A program made the translations under genes and the position numbers. DNA of 64,000 bases from an uncultured Chloroflexia bacterium. GTDB lineage: Bacteria > Chloroflexota > Dehalococcoidia > Dehalococcoidales > RBG-16-60-22. The DNA lies in the NCBI GenBank assembly GCA_963759785.1, contig CAVXAM010000009.1, forward strand, positions 17,593 through 81,592, read 5' to 3'. This document shows positions 16,290 through 24,598 of this stretch, one piece after another. The notes beneath the pieces are model-generated. The model did not search any database, had not been told where the DNA came from, and saw only the letters and a list, made by a program, of their open reading frames with translations. Every line of letters begins with the position of its first letter. The first letter of the stretch is position 1.

Positions 16290-17931
16290 ACCCTGGAAAT
16301 CTAATGGCTTTTTCCATCACGTCGATGAGTTTCGGCAGGTCGAAAGAATCGACGACTTCAACAAACTTGACGCCGCTGGCACGAGCTAGGTCTTCAATTT
16401 TAACGTCAACGGCTTTATCGCCGCTCGAGCCGGGATGAGGTTGAAAGCCGGTCATACCGGTCGTCGAGTTATCCATCACGACCATTGTCAGATTGGCTTT
16501 AGTATATACCGCGTTAATCATCGGCGGGATGCCGGAGTGAAAAAAGGTGCTGTCGCCTAAATGGGCGACCACCGGCACATCTAGGATATGCGCAAAACCG
16601 TTACCCAAGCCGAAAGCCCCGCCCATACAGATAGCCGTATCGTCCGAGTTTAGCGGCGGGTTGGCGGCGAGGGCGTAGCAGCCGATGTCGCCGGTCTTGA
16701 CCGGCTCTTTGCCGGTTTCCTGCTGATAATGGCGTAGCGCGATGTTAATAGCATACGCCGAAGCGCGGTGCGGACATCCGGCGCACATCGTCGGGGGACG
16801 GAGGGGTAAAAGGGAGGAAGTCTCTTCTCTTAATTTATCGATTTCGGCGAAGTCAACGGGCGGTTTAGCCCCGGTCAGCTTACTTAAAGCCTCGGCGACC
16901 AACCGAGTCGAAAGCTCGCCAGCTAGCGGGATAACATTTTCTTTACCATGGATCTTTACCGCGATGCCGGATTGCTGGGCAATGACTTTAACGCCGTCTT
17001 CGACGAATGGCTCCAGCTCTTCAACCACCACTATTTCCGGCACCGATTTTAGGAATTGCTGTGTTAGTTTTTCCGGCAGCGGATAAGGCGTGCCGATTTT
17101 TAAAATAGAAACGCTGTCTTCTAGTCCCAGCCACTTAATCGCTTCTAAGGCATAGCCATAGGAGATACCGCACGCGATAACGCCCAGTTTAGCGCCCTTG
17201 CGGGTGGTCAGGAAGTTATAAGGGAGGGTATCGACAACGCCCTTGATTTTCTTCATCCGCTGGATAACTAAACGGCGGTTAACGCGGTAGTTGGCGGGGA
17301 GACAGACAAGCTTGACAGGGTCTTTAACGAATTTCGCCTGTCTTTTTTCCGCCTGAATACCGCCCAAAACAACATTCGAGCGGGCGTGACCGATGCGGGT
17401 GACCGACCGCAGCATGAACATCTGGCCGAACTCTTCCGAAAGGCGGTAGGCATCGACCATCATGTCTTTAGCTTCCTGTGCCGAACAAGGCTCTAGAACC
17501 GGTATATAAGCCTGCCGGGCGATATAGCGGTTATCCTGTTCGTTCTGGGAGCTCCATTGTCCGGGGTCGTCGGCGGAAATCAGTACTAAGCCACCCCTGG
17601 CGCCCATATAGCTGGCGGTCATAATCGGGTCATGGGCAACATTAACACCAACGTGCTTCATTATCGAAAGCGAGCGTAGTCCGCTGATAGACCCCGCCAG
17701 CGCAACTTCAAAAGCGACCTTTTCGTTAATCGACCACTCGGCATACATGCCGGTGTTTTTGGCATTATTTACCAGGGTCTCGGTGATTTCACTGGACGGG
17801 GTGCCGGGATAAGCGGCGACGACCTGCACGCCGGCTTCGATAGCCCCGCGGGCGATAGCCTCGTTGCCCAGCATAAAGAGAGTAGCGCCGGGGGAATCGC
17901 TCGTTAGTGTTGCTTCAGCTACAGTACTCAA
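16231..17931 (-). CDS. iorA: indolepyruvate:ferredoxin oxidoreductase alpha subunit (TPP-binding); its last 19 codons are out of frame
   Basis: LGNEAIARGAIEAGV..AAYPGTPSSEI, GDIGCY, GDSTFFHSG TPP motifs. After ..AIRFPG the other frame continues PSVVVARRLCSILDQREKRK... (extra base about 16290). Confidence 0.85.
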   Translation of the reverse strand: MSTVAEATLTSDSPGATLFMLGNEAIARGAIEAGVQVVAAYPGTPSSEITETLVNNAKNTGMYAEWSINEKVAFEVALAGSISGLRSLSIMKHVGVNVAHDPIMTASYMGARGGLVLISADDPGQWSSQNEQDNRYIARQAYIPVLEPCSAQEAKDMMVDAYRLSEEFGQMFMLRSVTRIGHARSNVVLGGIQAEKRQAKFVKDPVKLVCLPANYRVNRRLVIQRMKKIKGVVDTLPYNFLTTRKGAKLGVIACGISYGYALEAIKWLGLEDSVSILKIGTPYPLPEKLTQQFLKSVPEIVVVEELEPFVEDGVKVIAQQSGIAVKIHGKENVIPLAGELSTRLVAEALSKLTGAKPPVDFAEIDKLREETSSLLPLRPPTMCAGCPHRASAYAINIALRHYQQETGKEPVKTGDIGCYALAANPPLNSDDTAICMGGAFGLGNGFAHILDVPVVAHLGDSTFFHSGIPPMINAVYTKANLTMVVMDNSTTGMTGFQPHPGSSGDKAVDVKIEDLARASGVKFVEVVDSFDLPKLIDVMEKAIRFPGSLGRRCPQTLQHSRPARKA

Positions 17932-18117
17932 GGTAATCCTCCTGACCGGAGTATGGATTACTCCACACCGATGTAATCAAGCGAAAGGAATATTTGGAGT
18001 TTAAAAACAGGTCTTTCTATTTATATTTTACACGCAGTTACGTACGGTTGGCAAACAGTTTGACATTAAAAAGAAATAGATATAATATTACGACGTTTCA
18101 TATAAGGAGGACCCATT

Positions 18118-18516
18118 ATGCCTGGTAAAGAATTCGCCGAAAAATTCATTAAAGCTGAAAACGAAGCCTGGATAAAAGGTAATGTCAACGAGCTGGATAC
18201 TGTCGAGGACCCTGATATCGTTTATCACCTGACTCCGCCAATACCGGACGTGGTGGGACGGGAAGCACATAAGCAGTTCATTACGTCAGCGCGGCAGGCA
18301 TTCTCGGATATCCACATCGATATCAAATATCTAACCGACTCGGGTGACCTCGTCGCCTTCATGTATCACGGCAGCGAGAAATTTACCGGCATATTTCCCG
18401 GCCTACCGCCGGGCAAGGGCCAGGATGTAATCGCTAACGAACTCTGGCTTTTCCGTCTCAAGAACGGTAAGATAATCGAAGGCTGGATGTTCGGCACGAC
18501 CACAGGAATGTTTTAA
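18118..18516 (+). CDS. SnoaL-like / predicted ester cyclase family protein
   Basis: 132 aa; pattern ..GREAHKQFITSARQAFSDIHIDIKYL...LWLFRLKNGKIIEGW typical of NTF2-like ester cyclases; AAGGAGG RBS. Confidence 0.7.
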   Translation: MPGKEFAEKFIKAENEAWIKGNVNELDTVEDPDIVYHLTPPIPDVVGREAHKQFITSARQAFSDIHIDIKYLTDSGDLVAFMYHGSEKFTGIFPGLPPGKGQDVIANELWLFRLKNGKIIEGWMFGTTTGMF

Positions 18517-18522
18517 TAATTA

Positions 18523-19620
18523 TTAAAACATAATCACGTTGCGTATCGCGTCGCCTTTTTCTGATGACGCCAGCGCTTCGTTGATTTTTTCGAATGGATA
18601 GTGCCCGGATACCAGTTCATCTAGCTTAAGGCGTCCGGCTTTATAAAGCTCTATCAACCGGGCGATATCGATACGGAGTTTTACCGCCCCCATCGCACTG
18701 CCGGTCAGCCTTTTACCCGCCATAAAGTCCAGCGGCGTCCAGTCTGTCATTTTCTCTCCGAAACCATGACCGATAATATTAGTTAAACCATCCCTGGCGG
18801 ACATCATAAAGCCCATCCGCAGTATCTCGATACCCGCTACGGCGACAATAACGAAGTCCGACCCCCGCCCGTAAGTAATCTCAAACACCTTTTTGATGGG
18901 GTCTTTTTCTGTTTTGGCGTTAACCGTATGCGTCGCGCCGAAGACTTTAGCGTTCGCCAACTTATTATCTTTCACATCGACGCCAATGATAGGATATGCC
19001 CCGACATACTTCGCTCCCTGTATCGCGTTAAGTCCCACCCCACCGCAGCCAACGACGGTAACACTGCTGTTGGCCGTCACTTTAGCGCGGTATAATATCG
19101 CCCCGAACCCCGAAATCACCCCGCAGGCTAGCAGGCACGCCCTATCGACAGGTAAGTCGTCCGGCACCTTCACCAGATTGACCTCGGGAATAGTGGCGTA
19201 TTCGGCGAAACCGGCTACTGCACCGGCGTACTGTGTCAACCGCTGTCCTTTTTTATTAACGTACTTCCCTTCCTTATATAGATAAAGTCTATTGGTCGTG
19301 CACTGGCTGGAAAGCCCCATCCGGCAATAGTAGCACTGCCCGCAGCCCTCGGGAATAATGCTGCCGATGACTTTATCGCCGGGTTTAACGTAGGTCACTC
19401 CCTCGCCGATTTCATCAACGTAGCCGCAGATTTCGTGTCCGGCGATTGCCGGCAGCTTAATATCGCCGTGCTCGCCCTTCATGGCGTGGATATCGCTATG
19501 GCAAATCGCCGTCGCCGCCATCTTTATTTTAACCTCGCCCTTCCCCGGCGGGTCCAATTCCACTTCTTCCATTACCAGAGGCTTATTTAATTCATACATT
19601 ACAGCCGCTTTAACTTTCAT
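18523..19620 (-). CDS. zinc-dependent alcohol dehydrogenase (class III-like MDR)
   Basis: MKVKAAVMYE..., Zn ligand region ATAICHSDIH, structural Zn Cys cluster GCGQCYYCRMG...C, GCGGVGL NAD motif. Confidence 0.9.
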   Translation of the reverse strand: MKVKAAVMYELNKPLVMEEVELDPPGKGEVKIKMAATAICHSDIHAMKGEHGDIKLPAIAGHEICGYVDEIGEGVTYVKPGDKVIGSIIPEGCGQCYYCRMGLSSQCTTNRLYLYKEGKYVNKKGQRLTQYAGAVAGFAEYATIPEVNLVKVPDDLPVDRACLLACGVISGFGAILYRAKVTANSSVTVVGCGGVGLNAIQGAKYVGAYPIIGVDVKDNKLANAKVFGATHTVNAKTEKDPIKKVFEITYGRGSDFVIVAVAGIEILRMGFMMSARDGLTNIIGHGFGEKMTDWTPLDFMAGKRLTGSAMGAVKLRIDIARLIELYKAGRLKLDELVSGHYPFEKINEALASSEKGDAIRNVIMF

Positions 19621-19748
19621 AATTGCTCCCTTCGCAAGAACTTACCAGTAGTCTATCGACTGCCGTAGCTAATGTCAAACGCCGCAGATTTGATTATTTA
19701 TTCCTGTTAAATTAAACTAAAGCTCAAGTAAAGTAAGGAGGACTAATC

Positions 19749-20264
19749 ATGGCTAAAGGGAAATACGATAAATACATCCTCGAATACGACCCCAAAATGT
19801 TCCCTAAAGAGCGCCGTCCGGTGATGGCATATATGGATAATAACCTGGCGAAAGGCAGCAACTTTTACCTGATACACTGGATACTGCCGGGCTTCGGGAT
19901 GCAGAAGGAGTGGGACTTCCCTTATGCCGGCCACCCGCCGCATATCCATAAGGACGCCGAATTGCTTTTCCATATCGGCACCGACCCGCAAAACCCGATG
20001 GATTTAGGGGCGGAGGTTATCATGTACCTGGGACCGGAACTGGAGGAACACCACATTACCCGCACCTGCTGTATCTGGATACCGCCGAACTTTATCCACT
20101 CCCCGTGGAAACCTGTCAGGTGCGACCGCCCGTGGATATTCATGGAATTCAACCAGGGACCCGTACATACTGAAAAATCTTACCGCCAGGTCCTGCCCAA
20201 AGAAGCCCGCGCCAGGATGGATTGGTCGATGTGGCCCGACGATAAATACGAGGCTCCCGCCTAA
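19749..20264 (+). CDS. cupin-like protein, paralog 4 of 5
   Basis: MAKGKYDKYIL; HIHKDAELL...GTDPQNPMDLGAE...IPPNFIHSP; AAGGAGG RBS. Confidence 0.65.
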   Translation: MAKGKYDKYILEYDPKMFPKERRPVMAYMDNNLAKGSNFYLIHWILPGFGMQKEWDFPYAGHPPHIHKDAELLFHIGTDPQNPMDLGAEVIMYLGPELEEHHITRTCCIWIPPNFIHSPWKPVRCDRPWIFMEFNQGPVHTEKSYRQVLPKEARARMDWSMWPDDKYEAPA

Positions 20265-20301
20265 AAATTAACGAAATACGTTTTATATATTGGAGGATAA
20301 C

Positions 20302-20514
20302 GTGGCTTACAAGATAAATACCAAGAAATGTCTTAAGTGCGGACTTTGCGTTACGCAATGCCCGCAAAAAGCAATCAAGGTACTCGATAAGGTAACCGAG
20401 CCGGACGGGCTGACCCTTTACACCACCTTTATAGACCCCAAGAAATGCACCGGCTGTAATGAGTGCTTCTCTTTCGAGTGGTGGTGCCCGGCTAAAGCGA
20501 TAGTTAAAGGATAG
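20302..20514 (+). CDS. 2x[4Fe-4S] ferredoxin
   Basis: CLKCGLCVTQCP and CTGCNECFSFEWWCP; GTG 20302 lies 5 nt after GGAGG (ORF-track TTG 20290 overlaps the RBS). Confidence 0.8.
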   Translation: MAYKINTKKCLKCGLCVTQCPQKAIKVLDKVTEPDGLTLYTTFIDPKKCTGCNECFSFEWWCPAKAIVKG

Positions 20515-20534
20515 ATTCTCTTAAGGAGTGAAAA

Positions 20535-21023
20535 ATGAAATATAGTCAGTATTTCCTCCACGAACTGCCGGAGGAAGTGCGTAAAAAAGGCTTCGGCCGG
20601 ATGCCTTCGATGGTCGCTTATACCGATAACGATATCATCGCCGGAAGTAAGTATTTTTCGGTGATGTTGATGGGCGAAGAAGCGACTAAAGTAGCGGGAC
20701 ACGGACCCCATATCCATCAGGACCCGGAGCTGTTGGTAGCGCTCGGCACCGACCCGAATAATCCAAAAGACCTAGGGGCGGACATGGAAATGTGCATGGG
20801 ACCGGAGATGGAAAGCCATATCATCACCGAGTCCACGATGATATGGATACCGGCGAAATTCATCCACGCCCCTTTCCGTATCCTTAAAGTGCGGCGGCCT
20901 TTCCTCTTTATCCAGTGCCAGTATGCCCCCAAGCTGACCGAGACCTCGCTGAAAAAACTGGTAGCGGAAGAGATGCGCGAAAAAATGATTTTCATCGACG
21001 CCGACGGCAAGCAGAAGGACTAA
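20535..21023 (+). CDS. cupin-like protein, paralog 5 of 5
   Basis: HIHQDPELL...GTDPNNPKDLGAD...IPAKFIHAP; AAGGAG RBS. Confidence 0.65.
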   Translation: MKYSQYFLHELPEEVRKKGFGRMPSMVAYTDNDIIAGSKYFSVMLMGEEATKVAGHGPHIHQDPELLVALGTDPNNPKDLGADMEMCMGPEMESHIITESTMIWIPAKFIHAPFRILKVRRPFLFIQCQYAPKLTETSLKKLVAEEMREKMIFIDADGKQKD

Positions 21024-21130
21024 AAAAGATTATATTTTTCGCATCTATTGCTTTTAATTAACTTTACGTGCTACTATAAAGTAACCAGTTAACAGCCTCG
21101 TGCCATGTAAAATTCTGAAAAGGAGTTAAT

Positions 21131-21559
21131 ATGGACATACCAACCATTACACTTATCGCTATCGTAGTGGGAGTCGTGGCTATACTTGGGCTAATTGGTG
21201 TTGTCTGGTATTACATGAGCATCGTCCGAAAACACCTCGATGCTCTTACCCAGGACTCCAAGTTATTCAGCGAAAGCGCGCGGAGCCTGGGTCTGGATGT
21301 TAAGTCGTTATCGTTAAGTTTAAGCGCTTTCGGACAGGATGTTAAAGGCATCAATCAATATTCCGCCATCTTAAGCCAGGATATCAAAACCTTTAACCAG
21401 ACTACCGAGACTTTAACTACAAATATTGAAAAACTAAGCGCCAGTGTTATCGGTCTGATGGAAAGCCAGAGCAGGATTTCGGATTCCGTCGCTAAAGTTG
21501 AAGCGAAACAGGATGAAGCCGTACAAGCCATGGACCGTATCGCGAAACATTTTTCCTAA
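21131..21559 (+). CDS. hypothetical N-terminally anchored coiled-coil protein
   Basis: One TM helix (ITLIAIVVGVVAILGLIGVVWYY) then heptad-like S/Q/K-rich sequence; AAGGAG RBS. Confidence 0.45.
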   Translation: MDIPTITLIAIVVGVVAILGLIGVVWYYMSIVRKHLDALTQDSKLFSESARSLGLDVKSLSLSLSAFGQDVKGINQYSAILSQDIKTFNQTTETLTTNIEKLSASVIGLMESQSRISDSVAKVEAKQDEAVQAMDRIAKHFS

Positions 21560-21726
21560 TCACACTGTATAATAAAAAACTATAAAAAGGGGAGTGAATT
21601 ACTAAGAATATGAACACTCCCCTTATGATTATTCATAAAACCACATAATACGACTTGCCAAATAGTATGATATCACGGTATACTTAAAGAGTTTATTCTA
21701 TATTTTCGGTTGGGAGGAGGACCCCT

Positions 21727-21942
21727 ATGGAACAGTTCAATTTCCCCAAATGTCAGAAATGTAATACCGGTGACCTTGTGCCTTTATCCGATTTCGGCAG
21801 TCAGGGAGCATCCATACAGTTTAAAGCCTGGGTTTGCACCAATCCTGATTGCGGTTTCAATCTAAAAATCAGGAATGGCGACGTTTATAGAGATGAGCCT
21901 ATCATGAGCGGCACTCTCCACAACTCCCGTCCCAGACAATAA
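21727..21942 (+). CDS. hypothetical zinc-ribbon protein (71 aa)
   Basis: CQKC...CTNPDC pairs; GGAGGAGG RBS. Confidence 0.4.
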   Translation: MEQFNFPKCQKCNTGDLVPLSDFGSQGASIQFKAWVCTNPDCGFNLKIRNGDVYRDEPIMSGTLHNSRPRQ

Positions 21943-21975
21943 TCATCGGGTCATCTTGTTAACAAATAATTACGG

Positions 21976-22708
21976 ATGGCAACCGTGCTTCCTCCAATAA
22001 CGAGACTTAAGAGGGTAGCACTAGATTTGTTATTCCCGCCGTGGTGTATCGGCTGCGGCAAGGAAGGCAAATATATCTGCGATGCCTGCCGCTGGAACTT
22101 CCCGCTGATTTCCCCGCCTAGTTGTGTTATTTGCGGACGTCCCTTATTACCGGATAACACTTGCCCCGGCTGTATCGAAGGAGACGTTGTCATCGACGGC
22201 ATACGCTCGCCGTTTATTTTCGGCGGCGTGATTCGTAAAGCCATCCACGAGCTCAAATACCACAATCTTAAAGCTATCGCGCCATTGTTGGCTAGATTTT
22301 TATACGATTTCCTGCTAGAAAACCCGATTCCGGGCGACGTCCTGGTGCCGGTACCGATACATAAGAAACGCTTACGCGAGCGCGGCTATAACCAGTCATC
22401 CCTTATATCCCGCGAACTTAGCCGAATGACCGAGACTTCCTTTAATTGAGGACTGCCTTATCAGAACCGTAAATACTCCGCCGCAAGTGAGGACGACCAG
22501 CGTTAGTGAACGCCTTAAAAATATCACCAATGCCTTTGCCTGTATTAACCAGCGTTTAAAAGGAAAACACGTAATACTACTCGACGATGTTTCGACGTCC
22601 GGGGCTACCCTTAACGCCTGCGCCGGAGTGCTTAAAGCGGCTGGCGCTGCTTCGGTATGGGGGCTTACCATTGCTCTGGAAACTAAACAATACGAACCCG
22701 CAAAATAA
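21976..22708 (+). pseudogene. comFC: ComF-family phosphoribosyltransferase, interrupted by one frameshift near 22432-22436
   Basis: ORFs 21976-22449 (Zn-finger N-terminus WCIGCG..C.AC, GYNQS) and 22487-22708 (VILLDDVSTSGATL PRTase motif). Second frame is open from 22430 and reads LPLIEDCLIRTVNTPPQ. Confidence 0.75.
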
Positions 22709-22729
22709 TATTGACAGGAGCGTGAAAAG

Positions 22730-23276
22730 ATGGAGCTGCAAATTGCCGGTACCAACACGGAACTAACACCGAAAGCCCATAGCTATATCGAGCGCAAACT
22801 AAGCAAGCTGAACAAACACCTCCCCGATATTATCGACATGAAAGTAGAGGTTTCCGCCGAACAAACGAAGTCCCCCCAGCAGCGCTATCTGGTAAGGGCG
22901 ACCGTTAATAGCGGCGTCGGCAGGGCGGCTTTCCACGCCGAAGAAAGAGCCGAAGACCTCTTTAAAGCCGTCGATAAAATCGCTGCCATCCTCACCCGCC
23001 AGCTGGAAAAACATAAAGGCAAGCTCTATCAAAGAAACCGGAGAAATCCGCTGGCTCGCGGTAAGTTTCAGCAGCCGGCAGCAGTCACCCGCCGGAAAGT
23101 AGTGAAAACAAAGCACTTCATCCTCGAGCCGATGGTGCTGGAAGAAGCTATCGCCCAGATGGAGAACCTGGGACACGACTTTTTCCTGTTTCTCGACGCT
23201 AACGCCAGCGAGGTCCGCCTGTTTATACCGGCGCAACGACGGCGATTATGGACTTATCGAGCCGGAGTTAAAATAA
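22730..23276 (+). pseudogene. hpf: long-form ribosome hibernation promoting factor, frameshifted near 23222
   Basis: S30AE N-domain; C-domain ...GHDFFLFLDANASEVRL then frame +1 gives LYRRNDGDYGLIEPELK-stop (TAA 23274-23276), the canonical HPF end. The ORF-track frame instead reads through into the next gene. Confidence 0.8.
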
Positions 23277-23829
23277 TGAATAAACAGCTTTTTTACGTCG
23301 TTTTTAAAACAGATGGGGGCTGGGTAGGGATATTAAGTTCACCATCCGGACTGCGACGCATTATCTGGCAGGAGCCTTCGGAAAAACAAGCTTTATCATC
23401 CTTGGGAGTAGATGATGGCACAAAACCCGCCCCGAAACAATACGAAGACCTTATCCAGCGATTTCAAGGACTATTTTTCGGGTAAACGCGTAGACTTCCC
23501 GGATAAACTGGACTTAAGCGATGCTACACCGTTCCAGCGCTCCGTCTGGCAAGCCGCCAGACGCATCCCCTACGGACAGACCCAAAGTTACGGCTGGATA
23601 GCCTAAAAAGATAGGTAAACCAGGAGCGGCACGGGCGGTGGGGCAGGCTTTAGGTAAAAATCCGCTGTCGATAGTCGTGCCCTGCCACCGTATTATCGCT
23701 GGTGATGGTAAACTGGGGGGCTTTACCGGGGGACTAAAATATAAAAAGTACCTGTTGGCTTTAGAAAAAGGGATTATAAAGGATAATTTGTTATTTAGTT
23801 TTATCTTCTTTAATCGTTGTCCGGTATAG
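23276..23829 (+). pseudogene. ogt: methylated-DNA-protein-cysteine methyltransferase, split into three frames
   Basis: MNKQLFYVVFKTDGGWVGIL.. / ..DYFSGKRVDFP..TPFQRSVWQAARRIPYGQTQSYGWIA / (KKIGKPGAARAV)GQALGKNPLSIVVPCHRII. Shifts at about 23440-23470 and at 23604; PCHR active site. Confidence 0.75.
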
Positions 23830-24585
23830 TCTTTTCCTGGCTTCAGCGGCGCCCTTTAACATCCGGTTCATAAAGTCCATCTCGTATTCTTCGATCAATC
23901 CTTCACCGGCGAAGCTATAGTACTTGTTGTCCCCGATGATGATATGGTCAAGCACTTTAAGATGCATTATCTTGCCGGCATAGACTAACTCGCGGGTCAG
24001 GCTTTTATCGTTAGGACTGGGGTCGACGGCGCCGGAGGGGTGGTTATGGACGAAAATCAGGGCGGCGGCGTTATTCTTTATCGCGCCCTCGACAACCTCG
24101 CGGGGCGAGACGGCGCTGCTATTGACCGTCCCTTCGCTTAGGTCGACGGTATCGATAATCTGGTTCTGGGTAGTCAGATAGAGAACCTTAAAGACCTCTT
24201 TTTTCAAGCCGCGCATCGCGTGGTAGAGATAGTCGAAAACCTCCTGCGATGACCGATAGAAAGGTTTTTCCAGCATTTTGGCGTGCAGGAATTCACGGGC
24301 TAACTCCTGCATCAGTTTAATGCCAAAAGCGCTATGGGGTCCGATGCCTTTAATTTGTTCCAGTTCTTCCATCGGGGCTTCGAGGACGCCGCGCAGCGTT
24401 TTAAACTTTTCGATAGCCTCTTTAGCGGCCGGCTTACAGTCCTTGCGCGGCGTGCCAAGGCTCAACAACAACTCGACGATTTCGTAGTCATGGAAACCGC
24501 TTAAGCCGGATTTTAAAAACCTTTCCCGCAGTCTTCTGCGGTGCCCCTCATGCGTATCATCCGGCGACGTTTTCGGTTTGTCCAT
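23791..24585 (-). CDS. radC: RadC-family (JAB/MPN) protein
   Basis: GHRRRLRERF, HhH region ELEQIKGIGP, JAMM motif LIFVHNHPSG. ATG 24585 chosen (ORF-track start 24678 overlaps the upstream gene). Confidence 0.85.
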   Translation of the reverse strand: MDKPKTSPDDTHEGHRRRLRERFLKSGLSGFHDYEIVELLLSLGTPRKDCKPAAKEAIEKFKTLRGVLEAPMEELEQIKGIGPHSAFGIKLMQELAREFLHAKMLEKPFYRSSQEVFDYLYHAMRGLKKEVFKVLYLTTQNQIIDTVDLSEGTVNSSAVSPREVVEGAIKNNAAALIFVHNHPSGAVDPSPNDKSLTRELVYAGKIMHLKVLDHIIIGDNKYYSFAGEGLIEEYEMDFMNRMLKGAAEARKRLYRTTIKEDKTK

Positions 24586-24598
24586 AAAGATTAGCCTT

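Noticed and set aside
15700-16300. Programmed ribosomal frameshifting as an explanation for the IorA/flavoprotein frame changes
   Set aside because: I saw no slippery heptamer or downstream structure at the three sites. The shifts go in different directions and fall inside conserved motifs. Four more indels hit unrelated genes nearby, so assembly error or decay is more economical.
17932-17975. Nested inverted repeats (GGTAATCC..GGATTAC, CTCC..GGAG) at the iorA translation start as a riboswitch-like element
   Set aside because: They are short and overlap the SD in a way that may be coincidental. I recognised no known riboswitch consensus, so I left it uncalled.
23791-23829. 39-nt convergent overlap of the ogt and radC 3' ends as a regulatory feature
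   Set aside because: The ogt tail (..IIKDNLLFSFIFFNRCPV) looks non-conserved, and the locus already has frameshifts. The true ogt stop may lie earlier, so the overlap is probably an artefact.
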